A DNA stretch of 64,000 nucleotides from an uncultured bacterium (GTDB taxonomy: Bacteria; Verrucomicrobiota; Verrucomicrobiia; Limisphaerales; UBA8199), in the NCBI GenBank assembly GCA_963749495.1, contig CAVVMW010000021.1:608001-672000 (forward strand), written 5' to 3'. The position numbers and the translations under genes are program-made. Within the stretch, counting starts at the first letter, position 1. The number at the start of each line of letters is the position of its first letter. Below the pieces are notes generated by a model. It was not told the origin of the DNA. It was given only the letters and a program-made list of their open reading frames with translations, and made no database searches. Of the stretch, positions 20,240-30,470 are shown one piece after another.

Positions 20240-22498
20240 ATGTGGAATAAAGGCAAACTGCCTCTCTGGGCCGGCGTCGCGTTTCTGGCGGCGAGCGGCG
20301 CGGCGGCACTTTGGCTCTGGCGGCCCCATCCGGACTACTGGCTGGGCTTGGAACGCGCGGGCACTTATGCGGCGGTGGAGATTCAGCACCCGATTGAAGG
20401 GGCGGTCCTGCCCCTCAATATGCCGGCCCCGGTCCTGCTCTGGAGGACGAATCCTCCCGGCGCGGATCACTGGGTCGCGGCGTTCAAGGCGGGTGGTCAG
20501 AAATGGTTGTTCGATGACATCCAGCCGATGTGGCGTCCGCCAGAAGCGCGGTGGCGCGCCATCAAGCAAGCCGCGAAAGCCCAGCCGATCGAACTGCTGT
20601 TGGGCGGGCGCCGGCGAGACCAACCCGGCCAAATCGTGGCGCGGGGTTCTGTCCGCTTCGCCTTGGCCCGGCAGGCGGTGCAATACCCCTTATTCTACCG
20701 TGAGGTGAATCTGCCGTTCATCGATGCCGTCAAGGACCCTTCAAACATCCGCTGGCGGTTCGGCGGTTTGGACAAGGGCACGCTGCCGCCGGTGGTGCTG
20801 GAGAAACTCCCGGTGTGCGGCAATTGCCATTCGTTCAGCCGGACGGGCGAGTATTTGGCGATGGACGTCGATTACGCCAACAACAAGGCCTCATATATCA
20901 TCACGCGCACGGCGCCGCAGATGCGCCTGGCTACGAGCGATATTATCACCTGGGACGATTATCGCCGCGAAGACGGCCAGCAGACCTTCGGTTTGCTGTC
21001 TCAGATCTCCCCCGACGGCCGTTACGTGCTCAGCACCGTCAAGGATCGCTCGGTGTTCATCGCCAGGCCGGATCTGGCGTTTTCACAACTGTTCTTTCCG
21101 CTCCAAGGCATTCTCGCCGTTTATGATCGTGGAACGAAGACATTTTCGTCCCTGCCGGGCGCCGATGATCCGGCTCTTGTGCAGAGCAACCCGACGTGGA
21201 GTCCTGATGGCCAATCAGTGGTCTTTGCCCGCACTCGGGCTGTTCACCTCCAAAAGACGCGCGACACCGCCAGCATCTTGCTCACGACCGAGGAAATCGA
21301 GGAATTCCTCAAACAGGGCAAAGAGTTTCGCTACGATTTGTGCCGCCTGCCGTTCAACGGGGGAAAGGGCGGCCAGGCCGAACCGGTGAAGGGCGCGTCG
21401 GCGAATGGCCGCAGCAATTTTTTCCCCAAGTTCTCTCCGGACGGCCGTTGGATCGTCTTTTGCCAGGCCTCCAATTACATGTTGCTGCAGCCGGACAGCC
21501 AATTGTTCATCATCCCCGCGGCGGGGGGCGAAGCCAGGCGGTTGGGCTGCAACCTGGGCCGGATGAACTCGTGGCACACGTGGTCGCCCGACGGGCATTG
21601 GCTGGTTTTTTCCTCGAAAGCGCATTCCGATTATACCCAGCTCTACCTGACGTCTATCACGGAGCAGGGGGAGGCCAGCCCCCCGGTCTGGCTGGCCCAT
21701 ATGGTCGCGCCGGGACGGGCCGCCAACATCCCTGAGTTCGTGGCGCTGGGGCCCGAGGCCATCGTCAAGATCCGCGAGCAATTCCTGGACGATTATTCGT
21801 TCACCCGGGCGGGAAACCAGTTGATGCGAGCCGGCGATGCCGATCCGGCGATCGAAAAATTCAAAATGGCGCTTTCTCTCAACGCGAACAATGCCATGGC
21901 TCACCAACGACTCGGTTTCCTGCTTTTTCATGCCAGGAACCAAACCCGCGCAGCGCTCGAACACAGTCAAGCCGCCGTGCGTCTGGAGCCGCACAACGGC
22001 TTCGCGCAGCACGATCTGGGCCTGGAACTGGCGGCGAGCGGAGACCTCTCGAATGCCGTCCCACACCTGGCTGAGGCCGTCCGCCTGCTGCCTAACGGCT
22101 TTGATCGCCAGTACAGTGCCGTCAACCTGAACTACGCCCTGGCTGAGGCCTATTACCGGCTTGAGCTCTACGCCCAAACCATCCCTGTCCTTGAAACGGT
22201 GCTGCGCCACAACGCAGGGCACCCCCAGGCTAATTACCTCATGGCCATGGCCAGAGCCTGGCTCGGCGAAACCGACGCCACTTCACCCTACTTCGACGCA
22301 GCGGTGCGGTCCCAACCGCATCTGGGGCAACTGCCCGACTATTACGACCTGCTCAGCCGCAATTACGCCGACGTGGGGCGTTTCGCCGAGGGCCTCAAAC
22401 TGTCCCAAAAGGCCTATCAATTGGCCGTGGCGGCGGGACGAAGCGCCCAGGCCGCCGCGCTCCAGAAGCGAGCCGAGTATTGCCGCAGGCGACAATAA
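20240..22498 (+). CDS. TolB-like PD40 propeller + TPR protein with a CxxCH motif
   Basis: N-terminal anchor; CGNCH at about 20816-20830; repeated SPDG.W motifs; C-terminal TPRs. Confidence 0.85.
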   Translation: MWNKGKLPLWAGVAFLAASGAAALWLWRPHPDYWLGLERAGTYAAVEIQHPIEGAVLPLNMPAPVLLWRTNPPGADHWVAAFKAGGQKWLFDDIQPMWRPPEARWRAIKQAAKAQPIELLLGGRRRDQPGQIVARGSVRFALARQAVQYPLFYREVNLPFIDAVKDPSNIRWRFGGLDKGTLPPVVLEKLPVCGNCHSFSRTGEYLAMDVDYANNKASYIITRTAPQMRLATSDIITWDDYRREDGQQTFGLLSQISPDGRYVLSTVKDRSVFIARPDLAFSQLFFPLQGILAVYDRGTKTFSSLPGADDPALVQSNPTWSPDGQSVVFARTRAVHLQKTRDTASILLTTEEIEEFLKQGKEFRYDLCRLPFNGGKGGQAEPVKGASANGRSNFFPKFSPDGRWIVFCQASNYMLLQPDSQLFIIPAAGGEARRLGCNLGRMNSWHTWSPDGHWLVFSSKAHSDYTQLYLTSITEQGEASPPVWLAHMVAPGRAANIPEFVALGPEAIVKIREQFLDDYSFTRAGNQLMRAGDADPAIEKFKMALSLNANNAMAHQRLGFLLFHARNQTRAALEHSQAAVRLEPHNGFAQHDLGLELAASGDLSNAVPHLAEAVRLLPNGFDRQYSAVNLNYALAEAYYRLELYAQTIPVLETVLRHNAGHPQANYLMAMARAWLGETDATSPYFDAAVRSQPHLGQLPDYYDLLSRNYADVGRFAEGLKLSQKAYQLAVAAGRSAQAAALQKRAEYCRRRQ

Positions 22499-22554
22499 AC
22501 GCCGAGCGCCGTAAGGCCCCAGTGGAGGCGGGAACGTCACTGCCCCCCGGCTCA

Positions 22555-22750
22555 CCGCGTAGCGGTGCCCGATGGTAGCCGTGGACTTCCAGTCCACGGT
22601 CCCATGGCCCAAGCTCAACCGCGTCGCGTCGCGACGCCTGAAATCCGCGACGCTGTCAGGCGTCGCTACGCGAACGCGTGACCATTCCCACGCGTTGAAC
22701 CGTGGACCGAGGTCCACGGCTACCTTCACTGCGTCGCTCCGCGACGCACG
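22555..22750. repeat. REP-like palindromic doublet (family H)
   Basis: ggtagccgtggac...gtccacgg and gcgtcgc...gcgacgc hairpins arranged as an inverted pair. Confidence 0.7.
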
Positions 22751-22903
22751 ATGATTCCCACGCCCCGAACCGTGGACCGAGAGGGCTGGGGCGAGGGGCC
22801 TGCCCGACACTCCCTCTCCGCCTTCACTGACCGATCGGGCGCCCCACAATTTCCTTCCTTTCACCCTGCCTTTGGGTCAACTTTTGGCGCAGCGAAGCCA
22901 GAC

Positions 22904-25900
22904 ATGATTACACACCGGCGCTGCCTTTGTCGCCCTCCCGCTAAGCGGGATCGAAAACCGGCCCAATTCGACAAAGGTTGCGACACCAGAAGCGCTCCCG
23001 CGCTGGCTTCCCGCCCCTTTGCCCGTTGCGCGCGTTTAGTTGTGCGCCTGCTCTGGCTCTCCTGCGGGCTCATTTTCTTGGAAACCTGCCCCGCCGGCGC
23101 CGCCCTCGGTCCGATTTGGCAGAGCGGTCCGGGCTTCCGTTTCGTCCCGCTCGAGGTCCCGGCCGAAGGGCAGCCCGGCTTTAGCCTGCTCTTGCCCGCA
23201 CAGACCGGGATTGTCTTCACCAACGCCCTGGCCGTCCCGAAGATGATGGAAAACCACAACCTGATGAACGGCTCCGGGGTAGCGGCGGGGGACTTCGACG
23301 GCGACGGTTGGTGCGGCCTTTATTTTTGCGCCATCAACGGCACCAACGCGTTGTACCGGAACCTGGGCGGCTGGCGGTTCGAAGACGTGACGGCAGCGGC
23401 GGGTGTGGGCCTGCCCGGACTTCACTCGACGGGCGCGGTCTTTGCCGACGTCAATGGCGACGGCCGCCTGGATCTGTTGGTGGCGACGCTGGGCAGCGGC
23501 GTGCATTGCTTCCTCAACCAAGGTGGCGGGCGCTTCCGGGAGAGCACCGCCGAAGCAGGGCTGGCCTCGGAGACGGGGAGCACCAGCCTGGCCCTGGCCG
23601 ATGTCAACGGGGATGGCAGTCTGGATCTCTACGTGGCCAATTACGGCGCCAAGTCGCTGTTCCGCTCCGGCGGGAGCATGCAAGTGAGGCTCGAAAAGGG
23701 CAAATGGGTGGTGCTCGGTCCGAACGCCAACCGGCTGCGCTACGTCAATGGCCAAGTCGAGGAATTGGGAGAGGCGGGGGTATTGTATTTGAATGATGGG
23801 CACGGCCACTTCCGCCCGGTGCCGTGGGACTCGGATTACTTTCTGGACGAGGATGGCAAACCGGTGCCCGCGCCGCTGGATTTCGCCCTCACCGTTGTGA
23901 TGCGCGATATCAGCGCCCATGGCTGGCCGGATATCTACATCTGCAACGATTTTGCCATGCCGGATCACCTCTGGCTCAACGACGGGACCGGCCATTTCCG
24001 GGCTTTGCCGCGGTTGGCGATGCGCAAGCAGAGTTTCTCTTCGATGGGGGTGGACTTCGCCGATATCGGCCGGGCCGGGTCTCTGGATTTCATGACGACC
24101 GAGATGACGGCGCGCCAGCACGGGCGCCGGATGCGGGAGATGGTCACCTTGAAACCCCAGGTCCCTGTGCCCGGCCGCATCGAGGACCGCCCGCAAGTCC
24201 CTCGCAATGCCCTCTTCCACAACCGCGGCGACGGCACTTACGTTGAAATGGCCTACGCCAGCGGGGTGGCGGCCAGCGATTGGTCCTGGCAGCCGGTGTT
24301 CCTGGACGTCGACCTGGACGGTTACGAAGACCTGCTGATTGGCAACGGCATGTGGTTCGATGTCCAGGACCGCGACAGCCTGAGTCGCGTTCGCGCCCTG
24401 GGCAGGCAAACCGTCGAACAATCGCGCACGAACCTGGCCTTCTATCCGTCCTTCGTGACCTCCACTGTGGCCTATCGCAATCGACACGACCTCACCTTCG
24501 AGGACATGAGCCGGGCCTGGGGTTTCGATGCCAGCCGCGTTGCGCAAGGCATCGCCCTGGCCGATCTGGACCACGACGGCGGGCTGGATGTGGTCATCAA
24601 CTGCCTGAACTCCGGGCCGCTGGTCTATCGGAACCGGGCCGGCGCGCCCCGTGTGGCCGTGCGGTTGCGCGGCAAAAGCCCAAATGTTCAAGGCATCGGG
24701 GCCAAGATCCGCGTTCTGGGCGGGCCGGTGCCGGTGCAGATGCAAGAGATTCTGTGCGGCGGGCGTTATCTTTCGGGCGATGACCCCATGCGCGTCTTTG
24801 CCGCCGGCACTCTCACCAATCGTCTCACCATCGAGGTGCTTTGGCGCAGCGGGCGCAAGAGCACCATCGCCGACGCCCGGGCCAACCGTTTGTACGAGGT
24901 TGACGAGGCGGGCGCAGAAGCCGCCACGCCCGCCGCCCCGGTCACGCCCAAACCCCAACCGCTGTTCCGGGACGTGAGCCAACTCCTGGCCCACACGCAC
25001 CATGAAGAACTTTTCGCGGACTATCTCCGGCAACCCCTGTTGATGAAGCAGTTCAGCCAACTGGGGCCCGGGGCGGCCTGGCTGGACCTGGACCAGGACG
25101 GACACGATGAACTGGTGTTGGGCTCGGGAAAGGGCGGAGCGTTGATGGCTTACCACAGGGATGCATCGGGCCGGTTCACGCCGATGCCCTTTACCCGCCC
25201 CCTCGCGCTGCTCGATGACCTCTGCGGGCTGGCCGCCTGGGTCACCGCCGATGGACGCCCCGCAATCCTCGCCGCCCAGGCCAATTATGAATCCGAGCCA
25301 CCTGACTCGAACGCGGTCCTGTTCTGCTCGATGGCCGGCGCCTCCGCTCAACTGGAGGCGGCCCCGCTCGAGGGCCTCGCCGCCTGGGCAGACAGTCCGG
25401 GCCCAATCGCCGTGGCCGACATGGACGGGGACGGCAACCTGGAGTTGTTTGTGGGGGGGCGTTTGCGCCGCAGCGCTTATCCGGAGGCGGCCTCGTCCCG
25501 GATCTTCCGGCACGAGGGCGGCCGTCTGGTGCCCGACTCCGCCAATAACAAGGTGTTGGAGCACGTTGGCCTGGTCAGTGGCGCCGTCTGGAGCGACCTC
25601 GACGGAGACGGTTTCCCCGAACTCATTCTGGCCTGCGAATGGGGGCCGGTGCGGGTTTTCAAGAACGAGCGCGGCCATTTGCGGGAGGCGACCGCGGAGA
25701 TGGGACTGGCCGGGCTGACCGGCTGGTGGAGCGGGGTGACCACGGGCGACCTGGATGAAGACGGGCGGTTGGACATCATCGCGGCCAACTGGGGACTCAA
25801 CGATCTTTACCAGGCCACGCCGGAGCACCCGCTCCGGCTCTACTATGGCGACCTCACCGGCTCGGGCACTACGGACCTCATCGAGACCTATTTTGCCCCC

Positions 25901-26743
25901 GAACTCAACGCCGACGTGCCGCGCCGGACGCTCAGCGCGCTAAGCCAGGCCTTCCCTGAGCTGATGGCTCATTTCCCCACGCACCTGGCGTTCAGCGCCG
26001 CCACCGTGGGCCAGATCCTGGACATCCTGCCGCGCAAACCCCAGGTGGCCAGTGTCTGCACGCTCAAGACCACCCTCTTCCTGAATCGCGGCAACCACTT
26101 CGCCGCCGTCCCCCTGCCCGCCGAGGCCCAGTGGGCGCCCGCCTTCGCCGTCAACGTGGCCGACGCCGATGGCGACGGTCACGAGGACGTTTTCCTGAGC
26201 CAGAATTTCTTCAACGTGCGCCCTGAGTTGGGGCGCTTGGATGGCGGGCGGGGCCTTTGGCTGCGCGGGGATGGCAAGGGCGGGTTGGTTCCGATTCCCG
26301 GCCAGGAATCCGGGGTCGAGGTCTATGGCGAGCAGCGCGGGGCCGCGCTGGGCGACTTTGATGAAGACGGGCGGGTCAATTTGCTGGTGACCCAGAACGG
26401 CGCCGCCACCCGGCTGTTCCAAAACGTTGGCGCGCGCCCAGGGTTGCGGGTTCGTCTCAAGGGGCCTCCGGGCAACCCCTTCGGCATCGGCGGGATCATC
26501 CGGCTGCAATTCGGGACCCGCCTCGGGCCGGCGCGAGAGGTCCACGCCGGCTCGGGCTATTGGTCCCAGGATAGCCCCGTGCAGGTGCTGGGTTGTCCCG
26601 AACCGCCCGACAAAATCCAGGTGCTCTGGCCCGGAGGCAGCCTCACCCGCAACGATGTGCCCCCGGGCAGCCTCGAGATCACCATAGATACCCGGGGTAA
26701 TCTCACGGTGTCACGGCGCGCGGAGCAAGAGCTCAAACGCTGA
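22904..26743 (+). CDS. Double FG-GAP/VCBS + ASPIC-UnbV (CRTAC1-like) protein
   Basis: Many D.DGDG..DL motifs; two UnbV-like segments (CGGRYLSGDD, AGSGYWSQDS). Start uncertain. Confidence 0.88.
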   Translation: MITHRRCLCRPPAKRDRKPAQFDKGCDTRSAPALASRPFARCARLVVRLLWLSCGLIFLETCPAGAALGPIWQSGPGFRFVPLEVPAEGQPGFSLLLPAQTGIVFTNALAVPKMMENHNLMNGSGVAAGDFDGDGWCGLYFCAINGTNALYRNLGGWRFEDVTAAAGVGLPGLHSTGAVFADVNGDGRLDLLVATLGSGVHCFLNQGGGRFRESTAEAGLASETGSTSLALADVNGDGSLDLYVANYGAKSLFRSGGSMQVRLEKGKWVVLGPNANRLRYVNGQVEELGEAGVLYLNDGHGHFRPVPWDSDYFLDEDGKPVPAPLDFALTVVMRDISAHGWPDIYICNDFAMPDHLWLNDGTGHFRALPRLAMRKQSFSSMGVDFADIGRAGSLDFMTTEMTARQHGRRMREMVTLKPQVPVPGRIEDRPQVPRNALFHNRGDGTYVEMAYASGVAASDWSWQPVFLDVDLDGYEDLLIGNGMWFDVQDRDSLSRVRALGRQTVEQSRTNLAFYPSFVTSTVAYRNRHDLTFEDMSRAWGFDASRVAQGIALADLDHDGGLDVVINCLNSGPLVYRNRAGAPRVAVRLRGKSPNVQGIGAKIRVLGGPVPVQMQEILCGGRYLSGDDPMRVFAAGTLTNRLTIEVLWRSGRKSTIADARANRLYEVDEAGAEAATPAAPVTPKPQPLFRDVSQLLAHTHHEELFADYLRQPLLMKQFSQLGPGAAWLDLDQDGHDELVLGSGKGGALMAYHRDASGRFTPMPFTRPLALLDDLCGLAAWVTADGRPAILAAQANYESEPPDSNAVLFCSMAGASAQLEAAPLEGLAAWADSPGPIAVADMDGDGNLELFVGGRLRRSAYPEAASSRIFRHEGGRLVPDSANNKVLEHVGLVSGAVWSDLDGDGFPELILACEWGPVRVFKNERGHLREATAEMGLAGLTGWWSGVTTGDLDEDGRLDIIAANWGLNDLYQATPEHPLRLYYGDLTGSGTTDLIETYFAPELNADVPRRTLSALSQAFPELMAHFPTHLAFSAATVGQILDILPRKPQVASVCTLKTTLFLNRGNHFAAVPLPAEAQWAPAFAVNVADADGDGHEDVFLSQNFFNVRPELGRLDGGRGLWLRGDGKGGLVPIPGQESGVEVYGEQRGAALGDFDEDGRVNLLVTQNGAATRLFQNVGARPGLRVRLKGPPGNPFGIGGIIRLQFGTRLGPAREVHAGSGYWSQDSPVQVLGCPEPPDKIQVLWPGGSLTRNDVPPGSLEITIDTRGNLTVSRRAEQELKR

Positions 26744-26795
26744 AACGCCGCGGGAAGCCCGCAGTGCCGCTCCCGCCTCCACCGAGGCCTTACAC

Positions 26796-26824
26796 AAAAA
26801 GGGCCGGGCTTTCGCCCGGCCTTT
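26796..26824. terminator. Copy of the 15772-15800 terminator, possibly bidirectional
   Basis: aaaaagggccgggc-tttc-gcccggccttt between convergent genes. Confidence 0.7.
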
Positions 26825-26885
26825 GGTTGAAAGGAGAGTCAAGCCGGGCTTTCGCCCGGCTCGATTCGTGTCGCGCCCCTGGGCC

Positions 26886-27445
26886 TTATGGGCCGGCGCG
26901 GTAGAACGCCGTTGGCGCACCCGCCGGGACGGTGTGCGGGCTGGTCGCGCCGGCGACAACTGTCCACGGGCCTTTAAGAGACGGGGCCGAGTAGAGGTTG
27001 CCCGTGAAGGTGATGCTGGCGGTCGCACCGGCCCGTGCAATGCCCAGGGCCGGATGACTGGATGGAGGCGCGAGGGTGGGGCTCACCAGTTGGACGGCAT
27101 TAATCGGGGCGCGAGGGTTGCTTATGCCGCGGGCCAAGGTGCCCAAGCCGTTGGCAGTCGAGGCCTGGATCGTGATGTTGGCGGAGGTGAGTCCTTTGAA
27201 GAGGATGTAGTTCCCGGAACCGTAGGGGGTCGAGCTCGTGTTGTCCGGCACGGGGGCATAACGGGGAGCAAACCATGCCGTGGCGGCGTACACCCAGTCC
27301 CTGAGCACGCTGCCGGTAACGGCATCCACAATGCGGTAGCCGCCGCCGCGCCCGCCAACGGCGCCGCAGGCATAGATATAAACAACATTGTCGCCTGGGC
27401 TCCCCGGCGCCGCCCCCAACGCTGCCGTTAGGACCGTCACTCCAA
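26886..27445 (-). pseudogene. Internally deleted, 5'-truncated copy of the PA14/Ig exoprotein gene
   Basis: About 26758-27384 matches 15738-16367; 27385-27445 matches about 18854-18912. Confidence 0.85.
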
Positions 27446-27608
27446 ACTCCATCTTGCGAGCCAACTCTTGGCGCGGCGTAGCCACAACCGAAGGCAAGAG
27501 GCGGGCACGGATGCATGGCAAATTCACGGCGGCGGGTAAGTCGTTGATTTAGAATGGGTATTGGCTTTCGGCTGGACAAGCTTCTCTCGATTTTTCAGGA
27601 TTGGGGGC

Positions 27609-29456
27609 GTGAGCCAGAATTATCGAAAGCCCAGTTCCGAGGACCAGGCGGTCCTGGACAGTCTGCAAGTACGATTACTCGAGCCGAACGCGTTGGGACG
27701 GTGCAATCAACTGCTGGATCAGCACCATTATCTTGGGAGCGCTAAACCGGTGGGGGAGCGAGTGCACTACGTTGCAACCGATGCACAGGGCCAATGGCTT
27801 GGGGTGCTGGTGTTCGCTGCCGCGGCCAAGCATCTCAGGCACCGCGATCGGTGGATTGGCTGGACCGACGCACAGCGGGAAAGGCGTCTAAGCCTGCTGG
27901 CCAATAACATTCGGTTTCTGCTCCTGCCCGACAGGACCTTTCCCAACTTGGGCAGCCGGGTCTTACGGCTGGTCTTGGAGCGTCTAAGCAGCGATTGGCA
28001 GGCCTGCCTGCCGGCAGGCAGGCCCGCTACGGCCATCCGGTTGTGGTGGTCGAAACCTTCGTCGATCCGGACCAGTTTTGCGGCACGGTTTACACCGCCA
28101 GTGGTTGGGAGGAGCTGGGAAAGACCGACGGCTCCGGGCGACACCAACGGGATTATTACGTTCGGCATGACAAGCCCAAGCGGCTGTTCGTGCGCGAGCT
28201 CTGCCGCAACGCCCGGCGTAGCCTCCAAGCCGAGCACCTCCGGCCCTCGCTGGCGGTGGTCGAAGCCAAGGCAAGCCCAAGGTCGCGGCACACGGCCAAA
28301 GAGATTGGCTCGATCATCGATGCCCTGCAGCAAGTTCCAGATTATCGAAAGCGAATCGGGACCTATCCGCTTTGGTCGCTGTTGGCCATTTATCTATTGG
28401 CGGTGCTGTGCGGAGCCCCACGCGGGTCAAAGGATTTGGCCAAATTCGCGCGCAAGTTGAGCCAAGCGCAGCGAGCCGCTCTGCACATCCGCAAGCGCCA
28501 CGGTCGCTACCCCGCCCCAAGCCAACCGACCCTTTGGCGTCTGCTCGAGGAGATTGACGAGACCCGGCTTGAGCAAATGCTGATGCGGGTCCAGGAGCGG
28601 CTGCGCGGCCCGCCGCCCAAACACGAGTTGATCACTCTGGATGGCAAAGAGCCTAAACACGGCGGTGGCCAAGGCGTGCTCACCGCCATCTGTGCGCCCA
28701 GCCAGTATTATCTAGGCAGCGCGATTGTGGACACCAAGACCAACGAAATCCCGGTCGCCCGCCTACTCTTTAACGACCTCGACCTCAACGGCCGGTTCGT
28801 CTCGCTGGATGCCTTGCACACGCAAACCGAAACCGGCCGCGACATCGTGCTCGAACATGGGGGCCACTACCTGTTCACGGCCAAAGATAATCAACCCACG
28901 GTCCACCAAATCATCGAGAAACTGCTCCCCGCCCCAAAGGCGGATTTTCCCCCCTTGGCAGCCGACGGCCACTCAATTCCGCACTCTGGAATACAACAAG
29001 AGCCGCCTGCAGAGCCGCTCCATCCTCACCCAACCGGTCTCGGCTGAACAGGTTTGCTTCCCTCTTGCCGCGCAGGCCGCCCGATTGCTGCGGCAGATCC
29101 AGGGCCACAAGGACGAATACGTTACGCTGCTAACCAGTGCCGGACCCGAGGAACTCGACGCACAAAAGTGGCTGGAATTGAACCGCGCCGGCTTTGCCGG
29201 CGTCGAAAACGGTCTGCACCAGCGCCTGGACGTTTCCCACAACGACGATCGCTGCCGCATTCGCCACTCCTATGCGATGTTCGTGGCGGGCCTGCTCCGC
29301 CGCATCAGCAACAGCCTGTTCATGGAATGGCGCTCTCATCAACCCCATCCCGAATACCTGACGACGACGGATTTTCACTCCGCGATGGGCGAAGACCATG
29401 GTCGTCCCGCCATGCGCTTGCTTTTCGCCAAAAGCCCCAGCTTGAAACCGCCTTAA
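27609..29456 (+). pseudogene. ISAs1-family DDE transposase with N-terminal DUF4338 (DruA-like) domain; disrupted at ~28003 and ~28950
   Basis: N-terminal HHYLG, RDRWIGW, NNIRFL and ETFVDP motifs; DDE-type LDGK, TNEIP, LDALHTQ, KDNQP and VENGLH..LDV...DD.CR motifs spread over three frames. Confidence 0.85.
28003..28022. repeat. Perfect 20-bp palindrome CCTGCCTGCCGGCAGGCAGG inserted in the transposase
   Basis: Removing it restores gat tgg cag gcc cgc tac (DWQARY) and the reading frame. Confidence 0.9.
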
Positions 29457-29704
29457 ACAACTCGACCAACCATAATCCGCCAACGGGTTCACCTCCGCTT
29501 TTTCGGATCTGAGCACGGCGGGTGGGCTTTGCCCTGTTGTCCGCGATCCGTCGGCAGAACTGATCAGCCCGACCCCACCAATACTTCCGGTGCCTGTTGG
29601 GCGGGAATTCTTGCGGGCCTGGGTACTCCTGGCGGCTTGAGCGGGGAGGTGCCAACCAGGAGACGGCAACCTGGGGGGAATCGTCTGAAGTCGGGAGTCC
29701 TTCA

Positions 29705-30316
29705 TGAATTGGCCATGATCCGCGCCCGGCAGGGACGAAAATCGCTTGGTTTCACGATCCTAAACCGCGAGAATGCCTTTGAGGGGAAAGAACAGTTGTG
29801 AGAACGCCAGGTCCGGCCTGGCTACGAATACCGAGCGATCCTTGACCGTGCTCAGCACATAACGGCCATCGGGGGAGATCTGAGACAGCAAACCGAAGGT
29901 CTGCTGGCCGTCTTCGCGGCGATCTGGCCGGGTCGCTCCCGCCGGTAGCCGCCCAGCAGCAGTTCGATCGGCTCGGCCTTCGCCGCCTGCTTGATGCCGC
30001 GCCACTCCGCTTCCGGCGGACGCCACATCGGCCGGACGTCGTCGAACAACCATTTCTGAGCACCAGCCTTGAACGCCGCCACCCAGCGATGCGCACCCGG
30101 CAGGTTTGTCTTCCACAGCACCACCGGCGCCGGCATGTTGAGCGGCAAGACCGCCCCTTCAATCGGGTGCTGAATCTCCACCGCCGCATAAGTGCCCGCA
30201 CCTTCCAAGCCCAGCCAGTAGTCCGGATGGGGCCGCCACAGCCAAAGCGCCGTCAACCCGCCCGTTATCAGCAACCCGGCGCCGGACCCCAGACACAGTT
30301 TACTCTTATTCCACAT
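29705..30316 (-). pseudogene. Decayed paralog of the PD40-TPR gene (20240..22498)
   Basis: MWNKSKL...WRPHPDYWLGLE matches the intact gene; internal deletion, TAG at 29760 and 3' truncation. Confidence 0.9.
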
Positions 30317-30470
30317 GTCTCGCTAATTCACGCTATTCAAACCTGTTACACACGGCGTGTCGAGCGCCAAACGCATTTTGTCGGCGAAGCGATCAGCGCC
30401 GGTTGGCGTCGGCGGCTCCGCCAGGCCGGGCCAGCCGCGAGTCTCCCACCCGAAAAGCACGACTCCCGGC

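Larger units (their letters stand above)
27514..29536 (+). mobile_element. ISAs1-family insertion sequence (ends approximate)
   Basis: Right end gggctttgccctg; degenerate left end catggcaaattcac; no clear target-site duplication. Confidence 0.6.

Noticed and set aside
23036..25828. Long antisense ORFs (also 884..1939, 12536..14200, 34451..36961, 48544..50289)
   Set aside because: Shadows of GC-rich genes on the opposite strand, with no recognisable motifs.
27609..28250. Druantia defence system
   Set aside because: Only the DruA-like domain inside an IS; no DruE helicase or other dru genes.
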